This document shows, one piece after another, positions 50,271 to 63,913 of a stretch of DNA of 64,000 nucleotides; the first letter of the stretch is position 1; every line of letters starts with the position of its first letter. The notes beneath the pieces were generated by a model that was not told the DNA's origin, made no database searches, and saw only the letters and a list, made by a program, of their open reading frames with translations. Source of the DNA: Felis catus (Eukaryota). The position numbers were made by a program, and so were the translations under genes. The stretch is from positions 18,974,001 to 19,038,000 of the forward strand of contig NC_058369.1 in the NCBI RefSeq assembly GCF_018350175.1, read 5' to 3'.

Positions 50271-52657
50271 CATTTTGGCAGTTTCTGAAAAATCCTTATA
50301 CAGCTGTGAGACACAAAAAATGCTTAGGATCAAGATTAGGTACTTTTTTTTTTTTTGTTTTAGGCATTATAATTAAACTTTAAGTTTTTGTTACTGTGTA
50401 ATAGCTAAAGTTTCAGGCAAAGAAATGGAATGTTGGGCTTGTGATTCTAATATTAAATCTGAAGCACATTGTAAACATAAAGTATTACAGTGTTGATGTA
50501 TAAAGATGCTCATAATGTTGCTTGCAGACATATCTTTTCCCTTTCCAGTGAGTGTAGTATCAAAGTCTTGTGTGTCCTTTAGCAAAGTATGAAGGTTGTC
50601 ATGAATCTTCTTTCTTTCTCTGTCTGTAGATTCTGTGGTGTGCCCTTCTGGGCCACAATAGTTACTTCTTTAAGTACAGAAAAGAAGCTCAAGGCTTTCC
50701 CATTTGGTGTTAGTTCGCTGTGTTGTCCATTTTGGCAGCTATAGAGAGAGTTGCTTTCCACACATCTGAACTTTGATATGCTTTGTAGAGGTGATCCCCA
50801 CACTTGAGAATATATCTGCTTATTCCTTGGGTACCCCCTTCTGATTGTGGATATGCATTTCAATGTTTGCAGTAGATATTTGGTGATAAAAGGGACCTTA
50901 GTTGCTTCTGTTACTCTCCAGTGTTTCCCAGGAACAATCAGAGCCCTTTACAAAATTTCCAGTGTTTTCTGTAGATGTTCACCAAGTTTGATCAAGAAAA
51001 TCCACTCAAAAGGAATTAAGTAACAAAACAATTTCCATTGTTAACAGGGCATATGTAAATATATATACCATTTCTTTAGAGTAGTTTCATTTTTTCAAAT
51101 AGTTACTAATCACAGGAGGCTGATTTTTGGTAAATTTAGGTAGAGGTTGCAGGGGTTAGTGTTGGTCAAAGCTGTGAAATCAAATAGAAAATCTCTCTCA
51201 GCCTAAAGTGATGCTGAGATTTCTAATAGATTTGTTTTTTCCTTCCTGGTTAACTCCTAAAATTCTAAGCAAGAATCAGCCTATACCATTGTCATATTTC
51301 ATAATGAACTTGGAGTATTTAACAAGTCTGAAGTCAGTTTTATTCTTATCATAATAAAACACAGGCCATTCAATCCAAGTGACAAAGAATCCAACCCATG
51401 TCACCAAGTTTGGTCTTTTTTTTTTTTTTAAGTTACATTTTCTGTTGCTCTAATTTTTGTCTGTTTTGATTTTGATTTTTTTACTTTTTGGTCTTTGATA
51501 CCTTAATGTAATGATACTTAGTTTCCTATTATATATACTTACTGCTCAAAATTGGCCTGGGTTTGTGTTGTTTCTCTTTCTCTTTCCCTGAGTTTTTTTC
51601 TCATCTGAACAAGTCACATCTTTTTCTTGCTGTTCATTTGCACAGCGTTGCTTCTAAACATGAGTGCCTTTATCCTGAGAGGCAGTGGAGGAAGCATGGA
51701 AGCCCTTGTGGAGCATTGCATTGCCAAGTGTGTTTTGTAGTCATGTGGTGCCAGTATCTGGGAAATTATAGGATGGGTTAGTATTAGAGCTTGGCAGCCT
51801 GTAAATCCCATGAGCTCCCAGTCTCATGGGTCATGAGAGTTGCAAATGACACTTACTTAGGAGAAAGGTGAAGGGTATTCTGTAACTCTAATGGTTCATA
51901 CAGTTCTTGAACATGTACTGATTGCTAACAACTGCTGTCTCTCCCTCAGCCTACCCCACCGCCAATCTTTGTGCACAAGCACAATTTTGGACCCAGCTAT
52001 TTGAATTTATTTATGCTTTTACACCTTCTTCCTTTCATAAAGATTTAAGCTGGTTTATGACTTGAGTTGAAACAAAGAAAAAAAGAGGAGACCTGAAATG
52101 GTCTGTCCCCTGCCAACCAGAAGCCTCCTGTGGTATCCAAACAGAATAGTTGCCTCAGTCTGTCAGCACTTCTGTCTTTGAAGGTGGTTTCTGCTTGAAA
52201 AGTGGTGACTATTAGCATAGCTTTGGGATAATTGCTTCTCCTTCCTCTCTTGGGATACATTTTTTTTTTTTTCCAGATACTTCCCTGTTCTTCTTGACTT
52301 TGTTTTTCCAGAAGATTCACCCTGTGATTAATATGTTTTGGGTGCCCACTTGAACTTAACTGTGGGATTACCTAATTCTGGGGCACCTTCACCAGACCAT
52401 CAGTGCTAAAGAGCACAAAGGATCTTCTTGGTTAATAGAAAAAGCCACTGTGGAATGACTCTCAAAGTCCAGAAACATCCAGATTTTCTTTCAGTACTTT
52501 TTTCTGTTTGGAATAGCAGCTTTGCCTAGTATAGGGGTGGGAGGGGCTAGTTGGGAGGGCTTGTATTAAGGGGTTCAGAAACAGGGGATTTAAGTGTGTC
52601 TTTTGTGTTTGCAAGGCACTAACACCACTCCCGTCTGTATTTAAATGCTGTCCCCAG

Positions 52658-52731
52658 GTTACGACTATGGCTATGTCTGCGTGGAGTTTTCACTCTTGGA
52701 AGATGCCATCGGATGCATGGAGGCCAACCAG
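52658..52731 (+). CDS. RBM6: RBM6 exon 6 (74 nt; G-YDYGYVCVEFSLLEDAIGCMEANQ), RNP1 of RRM1
   Basis: Branch point CACTAAC 52617-52623, acceptor TCCCCAG|GT, weak donor CAG|GTTGCT; phase 1/0 fits exon 5. Confidence 0.96.
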
Positions 52732-55006
52732 GTTGCTTTATACTTCGGTCAAATGATGCTGGAAGGATATATTTTTTCTATATGGGGAGGGAGGGTTTCA
52801 CATGATTGAACTTTGGAAAGGTACCAGAAATCTGTATTTGGAGCATACCACATTCCAACTAGAAAATGGTTGTAAGGAGAAACTCTAGAAGAGTCTGGGA
52901 AGGTTTCTTTAGAAGAGTTAATGGGCACAAGTATATTTTAAAAACTGGAGCCTAGTTGCAGTTGGACTAGATGCCAAAGACAGTAGATGGGCAAAAATGA
53001 CAGGTCTGGAGTGCCTCCCTTTGGAGTGTGACTGATATGGAGAACCTAATGCAAAGAATAATCCTTGACTGTGTGTCATCTCAAGGATTTGCCTGGCACA
53101 GGAATTCTAGGTCAGTACTTACACCCAGACCTAGGGTGAAGACCACTGATGGCAACTCCTGGGACACTCAGGTCCTGCCTGCATGTGCTGCTTTCTCAAG
53201 AGGGCCATCGGGGAGGAGAGAGGAGTAGATTATTCCTGTGTATTGCATTCATCATGGTTCTTTACAAATTGGAGTTTCATACTCAAGTTCTTGGCTGCAT
53301 ATAGACTGAGCTGGTGAATCTGAATCTGGACTTACCTTATGTTTGAAATATCTAGATGTAGGCAGCTTGCCACCTAGAGCTGTAATCTGGATCTTTAATA
53401 GTTTTGGAAGGAATTATGAAATGGATAGAGTCCTTCTTGTCATGGTGTTCCCTTGGAGAAAGTTATTTTCTTTGTGGTGTCTTAGTTCCTCTGTCTGGGA
53501 GAAAGAAGCTTAATGATACTGTTTTATTTTTATGTACCCACTGCCTGTACTTAACAGTGTGAATCACGGCTGTATGCCCAAGATCTTAAGGCTCTGCCAG
53601 AGAAGAGTAGTAGTGCATGAGAACTCTTCTTCTCTTATAGCTTGATGGCCTTTCATCAGCTTTGTTCCATTCATCATGGCTCATGACACTTAACGTTTTC
53701 CCTTCTTTGGCCATGTTCTCCCCTTATGGGTATGGAGATGACATGCTGTAACCCTTTGGGAACAAGCACTAATTAGGGGAAACTTCATGTATCCATACCT
53801 ATTGTTAGTAGTATAAATACTGTTAGATCCTCAGAAAATGACCGGATTAGGACCGTATCCCCTTGACAGAGTTCTTGTTGACTGATTTGTTCATTGCCCA
53901 TCAATAAGCCAGTCATTTAATAGATGCTAATTATATGTTAGAAACTGTGCTACCTAATGATATTTTGAGAGAATGAAGATCCCAATCTTTCTGCTTATGG
54001 TCAAGTCCATTCTAATTGTCTGTCCTAATTTGAGAACACTCATTTAGTTTATGAACATCTTGTTCTCAGTGACTAATCATTAAGTCCTTTGCCACTGTGT
54101 TAAATAATACTGAGTGGTGGAAACATAAACGGGGGAGCCGTGGCAGATGCTATTCTTTTGTACCATTCTCCCAACTGTATGTGTTTCCTAGAAGAGTGTT
54201 ACTTTTTATCAGAGTTATTTAATCTTTGATCTTAAAAAATAACAATATTGTGTCTTAATTGCCTTTTCCCTCTATCCCAACAAAAAATCCTGTCTGAAAT
54301 TTCTAGCCCCTTGAAGAGAAATGTCAAATAGAATTAAGACAGCCTTCTTTAAAAACAGGGTTTATCCTGAGGCAGGGTTTCTTTTGGAGCCATATCTGGC
54401 AAAATGTGCATTTACACAAGCAGTATGGAGGGAGAGCGGCCTTTAGACATCTCTACTCCCAGCCTCCCCACACATTCTGTGAACATGCTTAGGGCTCCTA
54501 GATTAGATCCCTGATGACCAACCCTTGCCTAGTGAATGAGATACCAGAACAAAGGAAGAGGAGTGCCAAAATTCTTTTGGGGTGAAATAGGATGTTTTGA
54601 CAGCCATCTTTATGCATATGGTATCATGAGGTACTCTCTGCCGCAGTACAAATAAGAGACAGCCTCTATCTTCCAGGAACTTGTAACAGACTAAGAAAGG
54701 TGACAGGCATTTTGGTATTCATAGATCCCATAGGGTATTCTCTCAAATACCAATTTTTTGTGTGATCTCGTTTTTAATATTCACTGGAGTTACTCCTTAA
54801 TAAAGTAGCACCATATCCTTATTCAGTCAACTTCCTTTCCTAGCTTTTTATTCTTCCCCTAGTCATGGGACAGAGGGCATCCTGCTTAGCACCGCCACAC
54901 AACAGAATCCTCTCGCTGAACTGCATAGGTTTCACGATCCACTCAGCATCCTCCTAATGATCTTTAGCACAACTCAGGGTATATGCAGGTCATTTTGGTG
55001 GAAATA

Positions 55007-55225
55007 TTTTTTTTTTAATTTTTTAATGTTTGTTTACTTTTGAGAGAGAGGCAGACAGCATGAGTGGGGGAGGGGCAGAGAGAGAGGGAGACACAGGATC
55101 CGAAGCAGGCTCCAGGCCCTGAGCTGTCAGCACAGAGCCCGACATGGGGCTCAAACCCATGAACCACGAGATCGTGACCTGAGCTGAAGTTGGATGCTTA
55201 ACGAACTGAGCTACCCAGGCGCCCC
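55007..55225 (-). mobile_element. Can-SINE
   Basis: Full head-to-tail structure. Confidence 0.92.
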
Positions 55226-55269
55226 TGATAGAAAGATTTTTAAGAGTCGGATCTCCAGGGGATTTTTTT

Positions 55270-55745
55270 GTACCTATATAGTATAGCACAGCAAAGAGGA
55301 GTATAGGTTCTGCATTCAGATGTTACTTCTTAGGTGGGTTGTCTCTGGCAAGTTTCTTTACCTCCCTCAGCCTCAGTTCCCTCTGTAACCAGTACCTCAT
55401 GGGGCTCTGGTGTGGACTCAGTGAGATCATACATTCATGAATGCCTGCTGTGTGCCAGGCACTTTTCTCAACGCTGGAGATGCTGCAGTAAACAAGATAG
55501 ATTATATAACCTCTGTCTTAGTGTTTGAAGACAGAGCATAAGCAACTAGACAAATTTAAAATAATATGATAGTCCTGAGTGCTGTAAAGATAACAGAGCA
55601 GGGTATTAAAGAATGCATGATGGGGGCAATTTTAGAAGGGGTAGTCAGGGAAGCTTCTTGAGGAGTGACATTACATTTGGTGAATAATGTATACAGAACA
55701 CTTAGCATAGAATCTGGTACCTAATAAGCATTTGAAATTAGATGA
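55270..55745. mobile_element. MIR interrupted by a - strand L2 3' end
   Basis: ggcaagtttctt…cctcagttccctctgtaa; cattcatgaatgcctgctgtgtgccaggcac. Confidence 0.7.
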
Positions 55746-58700
55746 TCATCTCCTCCTCCTACTCCCTCTCCCTTCTTCGTGTCAAGTAATTTTCAATCAT
55801 AATTCTAGGAAAATAAATTTATTTCTTAAATATCTGGATATTCTTTAAGAAAATGGATGTGGTTCAAACTCCCAGTAACACAGTACAAAATCTTATGAGA
55901 GACATAAGTATGTGAGAGAAGTCCTCAGAGTGGATAAACCAAGTGTTTATGGAAGATGAATGTCTCTGTCTATTCATTCATTCTCCTACCCTCCAGGTTT
56001 TACTTTAGATAAAATTGGTACAGATTCTGAGTCACCATCTGCTGGGCACCTCTAAGTAGAATCTGTGTATATGCTTCCGAAGAGGTTTCTGTCAAATGTT
56101 TTGGGTTGGTATTTTTTGGTTTTTCTTATTGTTTTATAATTCTTTTTATCCTGATTCTTGATGTGAAATGTCTTTTATTTATCAGTGACTGATACTTGCA
56201 AGTCTAGGGTAAGGGAGTAAAGGAGGCTTCTGCCAGCTTGCTTTGTCAAATATTGTGGAGTAAGTGTGCCTTAGAGAAGCAGGATGATAACCAAGGCCCC
56301 ACTAGCCCTTTCCCAGCGCCTTCGTGGAGGCATCAGACAGTAGGACACTCTGCAGCAGTACTGAGCATTGTGGTCAAGAGGACTCCTCAGGGCATCATTT
56401 AGCCAGCAGCTGTCTGGGGAAGTAATTTCCAGCAGAGGTCTGTCAGCTCATACCTTCACCTCTCTCTGTCTAGGAGATGTAGAAAGCCCGAAACACTGTG
56501 AGGCAGGGTTTTTTATTCCACCCCTACTGGGAAAGTTATTTCTAGCAGTGTCACTTACCCTGGGCTTTCTCTGTTGTCCAAGTCCCTGCAGGTTGAGGGT
56601 GAATATTACCTCCTCTTGCTGTGTGTGCCATTTCACTGGGACTTAAGGAAAGGTGTAAGAGCATGTGTTAGCATATCGAACCTTTTCATCAGTTAACCCA
56701 GTTGTGAGTATACTAGCTCTTTCAAACTGTTGTCAGTTGGTCTAAAGGAATTAGCATTTCATTTTCTTCAGTTAGTAGGTGTGGTGTTTGTTGCCTGTTC
56801 CCATTCAGCCAAATGTTTACTAAAATGCCCTTATAAAAGATAGCTTTGGAAGAATTCATTTCTCTGGAATTTTTACTCAACTTTTGTAGCATCATTGGCC
56901 TTCTTTAGCTGAAGATGACATGGCTGTATGACAGAATTAGCCTGACTTTATAAAATGCACAGAAAAGATGCCATTATCACCTAACATGAAAATTCCTTCA
57001 GACTGGCATGGGTGGGGGGGGTGGATGGAGGCTATAGAATACGTGAAGGTTTATGAGATACTGTTTTTTGTGTCAACAAAGTTAAGAGAATTTGGGTTTT
57101 AGAAGATACCAGGATGTCCAAGGTGTTCCTGAAGGTAATGTGAAGGAAGCCAAATCTTAAATGGTATCTGTCTTTATGATTAAAATGAGATCAATGGGGA
57201 AAGCTTGTTTAGGGGGATAGGAAGACTGTGGGGCCGATGGGGAAAAATGGGTGAAAACACCATTTGTTGGAATTTTATTCAAGTCGATAGCAATATTGTA
57301 TGAAATACTCCGGTATTGAAGTTGTGTGCATTCCAAATAACAAAAAAGTATAATCTTATAAATTCCTGCAAGATTGTGGTGTTGTCTAAACCCACTCCCC
57401 AAATCTACTTCACTGAAGAGAATGTGGCACCCCAGCCAGAGCTCAGCTTTATAACTTGTGGTTGAATCATGCCATCTTCCTAGAAATATCAATTTCATTG
57501 CCTTCTCCTGATTGCCCTCAGCAGAGGTTATTGGTGGGAAACAGAAAAGAAAATGCACTCTAAAATGAGTGTAAATCATTAGTTACTGAAGATTCTTGCT
57601 GTCAGGGTATTTAGAAGAATTACCTATCTAGTAATTGAGTCTTGGCTGGCATGAGACAGTATATCCTAGTAGTCACATACATGAAGGCCCGACTGACTGC
57701 CTAGGGTTGCATCCCAGCTCCGTCACCTTCTGTGTGATTTGATTTGGACAAGTAGCTTAATGTCCCTGTGTCTCCGTGTCCTCTCACACTTCTAGGAATT
57801 AAATGAGTTAATGCATGATTAGAACTGGGCCTGGCACACAGTGAATATTGAGTGTGTATTTATTATCACAGCAACTTCACATCTGAGTGGAACAAGAAAG
57901 TCTTAAGTTACAGTAGCCTCAGTCCATCTGGGCTTTGTGGAGTAGCTAGCTAAAAAGGGATTTGGTGGCAGTGCGCAGGAGAATTATTTTTACATCAACA
58001 GTACTTCCCATTTAGCCTGTTGACTGGGACCGATTATCGGGACTGCCTCCAGGTCTTTTGAGGAGCTTCTGCTGCATTAGCCTTCAAATCTTAAATTCTC
58101 TCAAGAGAAAGAGCCAGAGATGCACCATATGAGGGACATAGAGTATAGTTAGACCACCCTAGAAATCCAGCCTGTGGCTTTAAAACCCTAAGCTCTGATG
58201 ACCAGCCCCTGGCTTTGCCATATCTCAGACTTTCTACAATAATTGTAAAGGGTGTTTTGAAGTGGATTCAGTTTAATTTTCCTGAATCTTTTGGCAGTGT
58301 TAAGGGGGAACTTTCAGTGTGTCTCCTGTGATGAGGTTTATAATAATTTTTGTCATAAATATATATATCATGGCTCATTTCTGTGGTAATTTCTGTTCAT
58401 TTCTTGAGGTAATTTAGTTCTTAATTTGTTCTAAATTGGGAATGTACCTATAGATTTCAACTTTGTTCTTTGATCTTGTCATCTCTTTCAGCTGATATTT
58501 TTAGTTAATGTTTGTACTTTTTATAAAAACGGGGTTGTGCAAAGTGCTGATTTTCAGCCTTGTGGCCTTTGGAACTTGATTACAGTTATTGAAAAAAAAA
58601 ACAATATTTATATTCTAAATAACTAGCTCAGGGGTTATACAAAAGCACAGTTCAGTTTGTGATCTTGATTATAACTTTGGTTTATGATTTTGTATACCTC

Positions 58701-59677
58701 CAGAGAGTATAGGGTTAGGAGCACTGAGAGATTTAGAATTCCAGCTTTGTCACTTCCTAGTTCATTTGTAACTTCATAATCTTAGTGTCTCATCTGTAAG
58801 ATGGAGGGATAATCACAGTACCCACCTCAGAGCAGTTGTGAGATTAATTGCGTGTGAAGTGCTTGGTATAGTGGCCAGTGTGTGGTGCGTGCTTACTACC
58901 AGAAGAGGTACTGAAGAGAGTGATTCTATAACACTAGACCCTGCTTGGTTGTCCTCCTTTTCCTTGGCTACTTATCCACCTCTTGGGACTCAGGGATGCC
59001 TGAGAAGTGGTATTGCTGCTTTGGGTGGCACCTAGATCTTTGGCAACCAGTTCTGATGGTGGTTGAGACTAGGATGCATAGACTGAAAGCATCTGCGGGA
59101 TGATTGCACAGGTGTCCAGGTATGTGAGGGAAGAGGACCATGGCCACACCACCACTCCCATGGGTGGGGAGCCTTGTTTCTGAGGCTAGCTAGCATTACT
59201 GCTAGTTCTCCCATTACAGAATTCTCTTAGGCTACAGGTAACATTCAATGTTAGTAGGCATCTTGTCCATCTTGATGAACCTGAAGGTTACAAAGAGTCT
59301 TTGTGTCTCATTCTCCCTAGGCCAAGTGTTCGGATGCTGTCATTCCACCTTCTAACTTATTTACATATGAGATAAATATATATTCTATATAATACGTATT
59401 TCTTATTGAGAACATTGATGGTATGACTGATAATCATGGATAAGCTTATCTAGATAAATAATTTTTAATCTCACAATGTGAGATTAGCAATGCTAACATT
59501 GTATACTAATGATGTGTATTTTTCCAAATTCTATGACTATGTGAAATTTGTGTTTAATCTGCATAAATGCTATTTTCGAAGGAAAATCAATAGAGGAAGA
59601 AGCTTATCACAGAAAGTAGATGATTGGTTTTACCAGCCACTTAGGGGGAAGTGCTCTCAAGAGGGAATAGTGAGTTG

Positions 59678-60803
59678 GGATGCCTGGGTGGCTTAGTTAA
59701 GTATCAGACTTTAGCTCAGGTCATGATCTCACGGTTTGTGAGTTTGAGCCCCACATCAGCCTCTCCACTGTCAGCATGGTGCCCACTTTGGATCCTTTGT
59801 CTCCTTCTCTCTCTGCCTCTCCCCTGCTCATGCTTTCTCTCTCTCTCTCAAAAATAAGCATTTAAAAAAACAAAGGAATGGTGAGTGACTGCTAATGGGT
59901 AATAGGGTGATGAAATGTTCTAGAATTAGTAGTAATTGTTGACCAACCTTGTGGATATACGAAACCCATTGCATTGTATAAAGCACAATAAAAGAGTGAA
60001 TTTGGGGTGCCCAGGTGGCTTAGTTGGTTAAGCATCCAGCTTTGGCTCAGGTCATGATCAAGCCCCACATTGGACTCTGCTGAAGGCTCAGAGCCTGGAT
60101 TCTGCATCAGATTCAGTGTCTCCCTCTCTTTTTGCCCCTCCCCCACTCACTCTCTGTCTCTCTCAAAAATAAATAAGTAAACATTAAACATTTTTTTTAA
60201 AAGAGTGAATTTTATGGTATGTGAACTGTCTCTCAATTAAAAAAAAAAGTATTTAAACTTAGCATGGGAATTAGTTCAGGGTCCCAGTCCAATGGGAATG
60301 AGTGCAGCTCTAAAAATAAAATACAGATTAGATTCATTTACCAAAAAAGAAGAGTGTATATAATTTTGTGTGAAAGCTAGAGACTTAGAATTTCATTCTT
60401 AAAATGTAAAAGAATTTCTTTGCTAATGGTATCAGCTTACCACAGAAGAACACTTAGGCTGAAAATCTGAAAGCTGACGGTTGGAATTGATAACAAACCC
60501 CATTTGAAGTGGCCACATGGCTTGTGCACAGTAGTTGTTCAGTAGAGTTGAGTGGGCTTTCTGCTTTAGTATGCATACAGTTAGAAATTCATGAAAGGAC
60601 TGTTTGAAGTAGATTTGAAATAAAAATGCCATTTAGGAGGCACCTGGGTGGGTCACTTGGTTAAGCATTTGACTTTGACTCAGGTCACGATCTCACGGTT
60701 TGTGGGTCTGAGCCCCATGTTGGGCTCTGTGCAGACAGCTCAGAGCCTGGAACCTGCTTTGGATTCTGTGTCTCCCTCTCTCTCAGCTCCTCCCTCGCAC
60801 TTG

Positions 60804-60834
<31 letters not shown>

Positions 60835-62698
60835 AAAGATAAATATGCATTTTTTAAAAATGTCATTTAGAAAATCCTTGGGCTACTTTTTAGAGGTGGT
60901 ATTCCTGTAACCGGATGATTAGTAGGTACCAATGTGGATCTTTACTATTTTCCTGGAATTTTTAACCAGAGCTCAAAGTGAGGGTGAGGGTTGGGGGCAG
61001 AGGACCAGATCGCAGCTGGAATAGGTTCCTTTCCTGTATATCTTTCTTAGAGGTTTCTTTCCAGCAGCACTGATATTGTGATTGTCATCTTTGATCTCTA
61101 GTACGAGGGGAATTACAGGGGTCTTTTTTTGTTTTTGTTTTTTAGAAAAAGAATTACTGTGATAATTTAGATACCATAGAATTCACTCATTTTAAGTGTA
61201 CAATTCAATAATTTTTAGTAAGTTCACCCAGTGTGCCTCTATCATCATAGCCTAGTGTTAGAACATCTCCAATAAGATCACTGTTTGAGGTTCATTTTTT
61301 TTAATGATTTCAGACTCATTGAAATGTTACAAAAACAATGCAAAGACTTGCTTTATGCTTTGTACTCTCATGAGGTTTTTGTGGAGCTTTTCAGTAAACC
61401 AACAAATGTGTTTCCCCCATGTAAGAGCTGGCATTTGGATGCCTGATACTCAAAGAGAGACTACATGCTAATCAGCATTAAACCAAGAGGCAATAGCAGC
61501 CAGGGAAAAGGGGACACAAAGTTACCTGCACTGGCTTGATAATGTTTTTGCAAGACAGTGGTTCTTAACAGTGGGGGAATGGTGGGGGAAACAGTGTTGA
61601 CTCCCTTTCCACCCCTCCCCAACCATTGGACAGTTGGCAATTCTGGAGACATTTTTGTTGTTGCTACTGACATCTATAGGGTAGAGGCCGGGAATGCTGC
61701 TAAATATCCTAAAACGCACAGGACAGCTCCCATATGACTTAATCTGCCTCCAACTGTCAACAATAGTGCTGAGGTTGAGTAACCCCGATTTAAAGGGATA
61801 GGAATTGTGGTTAGCCAAAGAGAAAACGATCCATCTTGCCATGGATTGTCTCTTAATGAGTCTTTCTCCTTGCCTTCCTCCTGATCCTTTCTCCTTGCCT
61901 TCCTCCTGATCCTAACAGAGTGGGGAGTGATTGGCGGGGTTAGAAATGTAGCAAGAATGCAGACACTGCTCCTGTTCTCCCTCCAGACTTGCATTCCCAA
62001 GCCTAGCTTGTGCCCTTGGGAGAGGAACTTTAGAGTAAGACCTGTTGGGGGCACCTGGGTGGCTCGGTCGGTTAAGTATCCAACTTCGGCTCAGGTCATG
62101 ATCTCAGAGTTCATGAGTTCAAGCCCCATGTTGGGCTCTGTGCTGACAACTCAGAGCCTGGAGCCTGATTCGGATTCTGTGTCTCCCTCTCTCTCTGCCC
62201 CTCCCCTGCTCATGCTCTCTCTCTCTCAAAAGTAAATAAACATTAAAAAAATTTTGTTTTTGTTTTTTTTTTTTTAATTAGAAGAAGCTTTCACAGAGCC
62301 ATATAACTGGGGCCAGTGTACTGAACTAGTTATACAGACTAAACTCAAAATAAAAGATGCATATATTTTATCTTAATATGATAGCACTTTGCTGTAAACG
62401 GCACCTGCTTTGCTGGGTAATACTGACTGATCTGTCTGGAATCACATTGGAAATATCAGAAGCAACTCATGATGACTTTTGTTAACGTGGTGAATTTTGA
62501 GCACCCACCATACGCAAGGTCCTAGGCTAGGTGGTATATATTTAATAATGAATAAAATGGGCACGTCTCCTTAGGTTCTAGTGGGATGAGGCTATTTCAA
62601 AGTTTTTAATTTTGGTGGGCATCTGGGTGCCCGCTGTCAACACAGAGCCTGCTTCAGATCCTCTGTCCCCCTTTCTATGACCCTTCCCCACTCGTGCA

Positions 62699-62732
<34 letters not shown>

Positions 62733-63355
62733 AATAAACAGTTTTAAAAAGTTTTTAATTTTTTAGAACTTCCATTTTGGAATAATTCCAGACAATAAAC
62801 AAATAAGTAAATGAATAAATACATATATTTTAAAAAGGAAAAAAAAAAAGGAATACCAGATACTCTTTACTCCTACATTTCATAGTACAGTCATCACAAC
62901 CAGGAAGTTAACATAGGTATAATATTATCTGCAGAATTTTGTCGGATTTTGCCAGTTGTTCCGCTGTCTTTTTTCTGGTTTAGTATGCAATCCAGGATTA
63001 CATGTTATCCTTTCCTTTTTTTCTCTGTGACATTTTCTCAGTCTTTGTCTTTCATGACCTTAACAATTCTGAAGAGTTACATTGTAGGACATCTCTCAGT
63101 TTGGATTTGTCTATTTTCTTATGAAATTCAAGTTAATACATTTTTAGCAAGAATACCACAGGTGTTGGGGCACCTGGGTGGCTTAGTCGGTTAAGTGTCT
63201 GACTTTGGCTCAGGTCATGATCTCATCATTTGTGAGTTCAAGCCCTGCATTGGGCTCTGCGCTGAGAATCTTGGCTTGAGATTCTCTCTCTCTCCCTCTC
63301 TCTGCCCCTACTCTACTTGCTCTCTCTCTCTCTCAAAATAAATAAACTTAAAAAA
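59678..63355 (+). mobile_element. Six + strand Can-SINEs (59678, 60004, 60637, 62047, ~62620, 63167) among L1 remnants
   Basis: Heads, CT tracts and tails. Confidence 0.85.
61556..61787. mobile_element. MER20 hAT DNA transposon
   Basis: cagtggttcttaac…ttggcaattctggagacattttt…gggtagaggccgggaatgctgctaaatatcct…aatagtgctgaggttgag. Confidence 0.88.
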
Positions 63356-63676
63356 GAAAACCACAGGTGATGTGGGGTCTTTCCATTACTACTGATGTTA
63401 ACTTAGACCATTTGGGTAAGGTGGTGTTTCTCTACTATAAAGTTGCTATTTTAGGTATAATTAACTTAATAATTAACTAATTAGTAAGTGTCTTATAGGG
63501 CATACTTTGAGATTATATAAATGTTCTGCTTCTCAGTATACCCTTTTCACTTAATTATAGCATTCACTGATGATTCTTGTAACAGTTACTACTGTGGGGT
63601 TTGTGTAATGGTAATTCTCTATTTCTGTCATTCTTTACGTATTTCTTAGAATTCTTTTATGAGAAAGAACCATCCC

Positions 63677-63913
63677 GGGGCGCCTGGGTGGCGCAGTCGG
63701 TTAAGCGTCCGACTTCAGCCAGGTCACGATCTCACGGTCCGTGAGTTCGAGCCCCGCGTCAGGCTCTGGGCTGATGGCTCAGAGCCTGGAGCCTGTTTCC
63801 GATTCTGTGTCTCCCTCTCTCTCTGCCCCTCCCCCATTCATGCTCTGTCTCTCTCTGTCCCAAAAATAAATAAACGTTGAAAAAAAAAAATTTAAAAAAA
63901 AAAAAAAAAAAAA
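63677..63913 (+). mobile_element. Young felid SINE (SINEC_Fc type)
   Basis: Perfect TSD AAAGAACCATCCC; long A tail. Confidence 0.96.

Noticed and set aside
57157..57579. 140-aa minus-strand ORF in unique intron 6 sequence
   Set aside because: No homology or coding-like composition recognised
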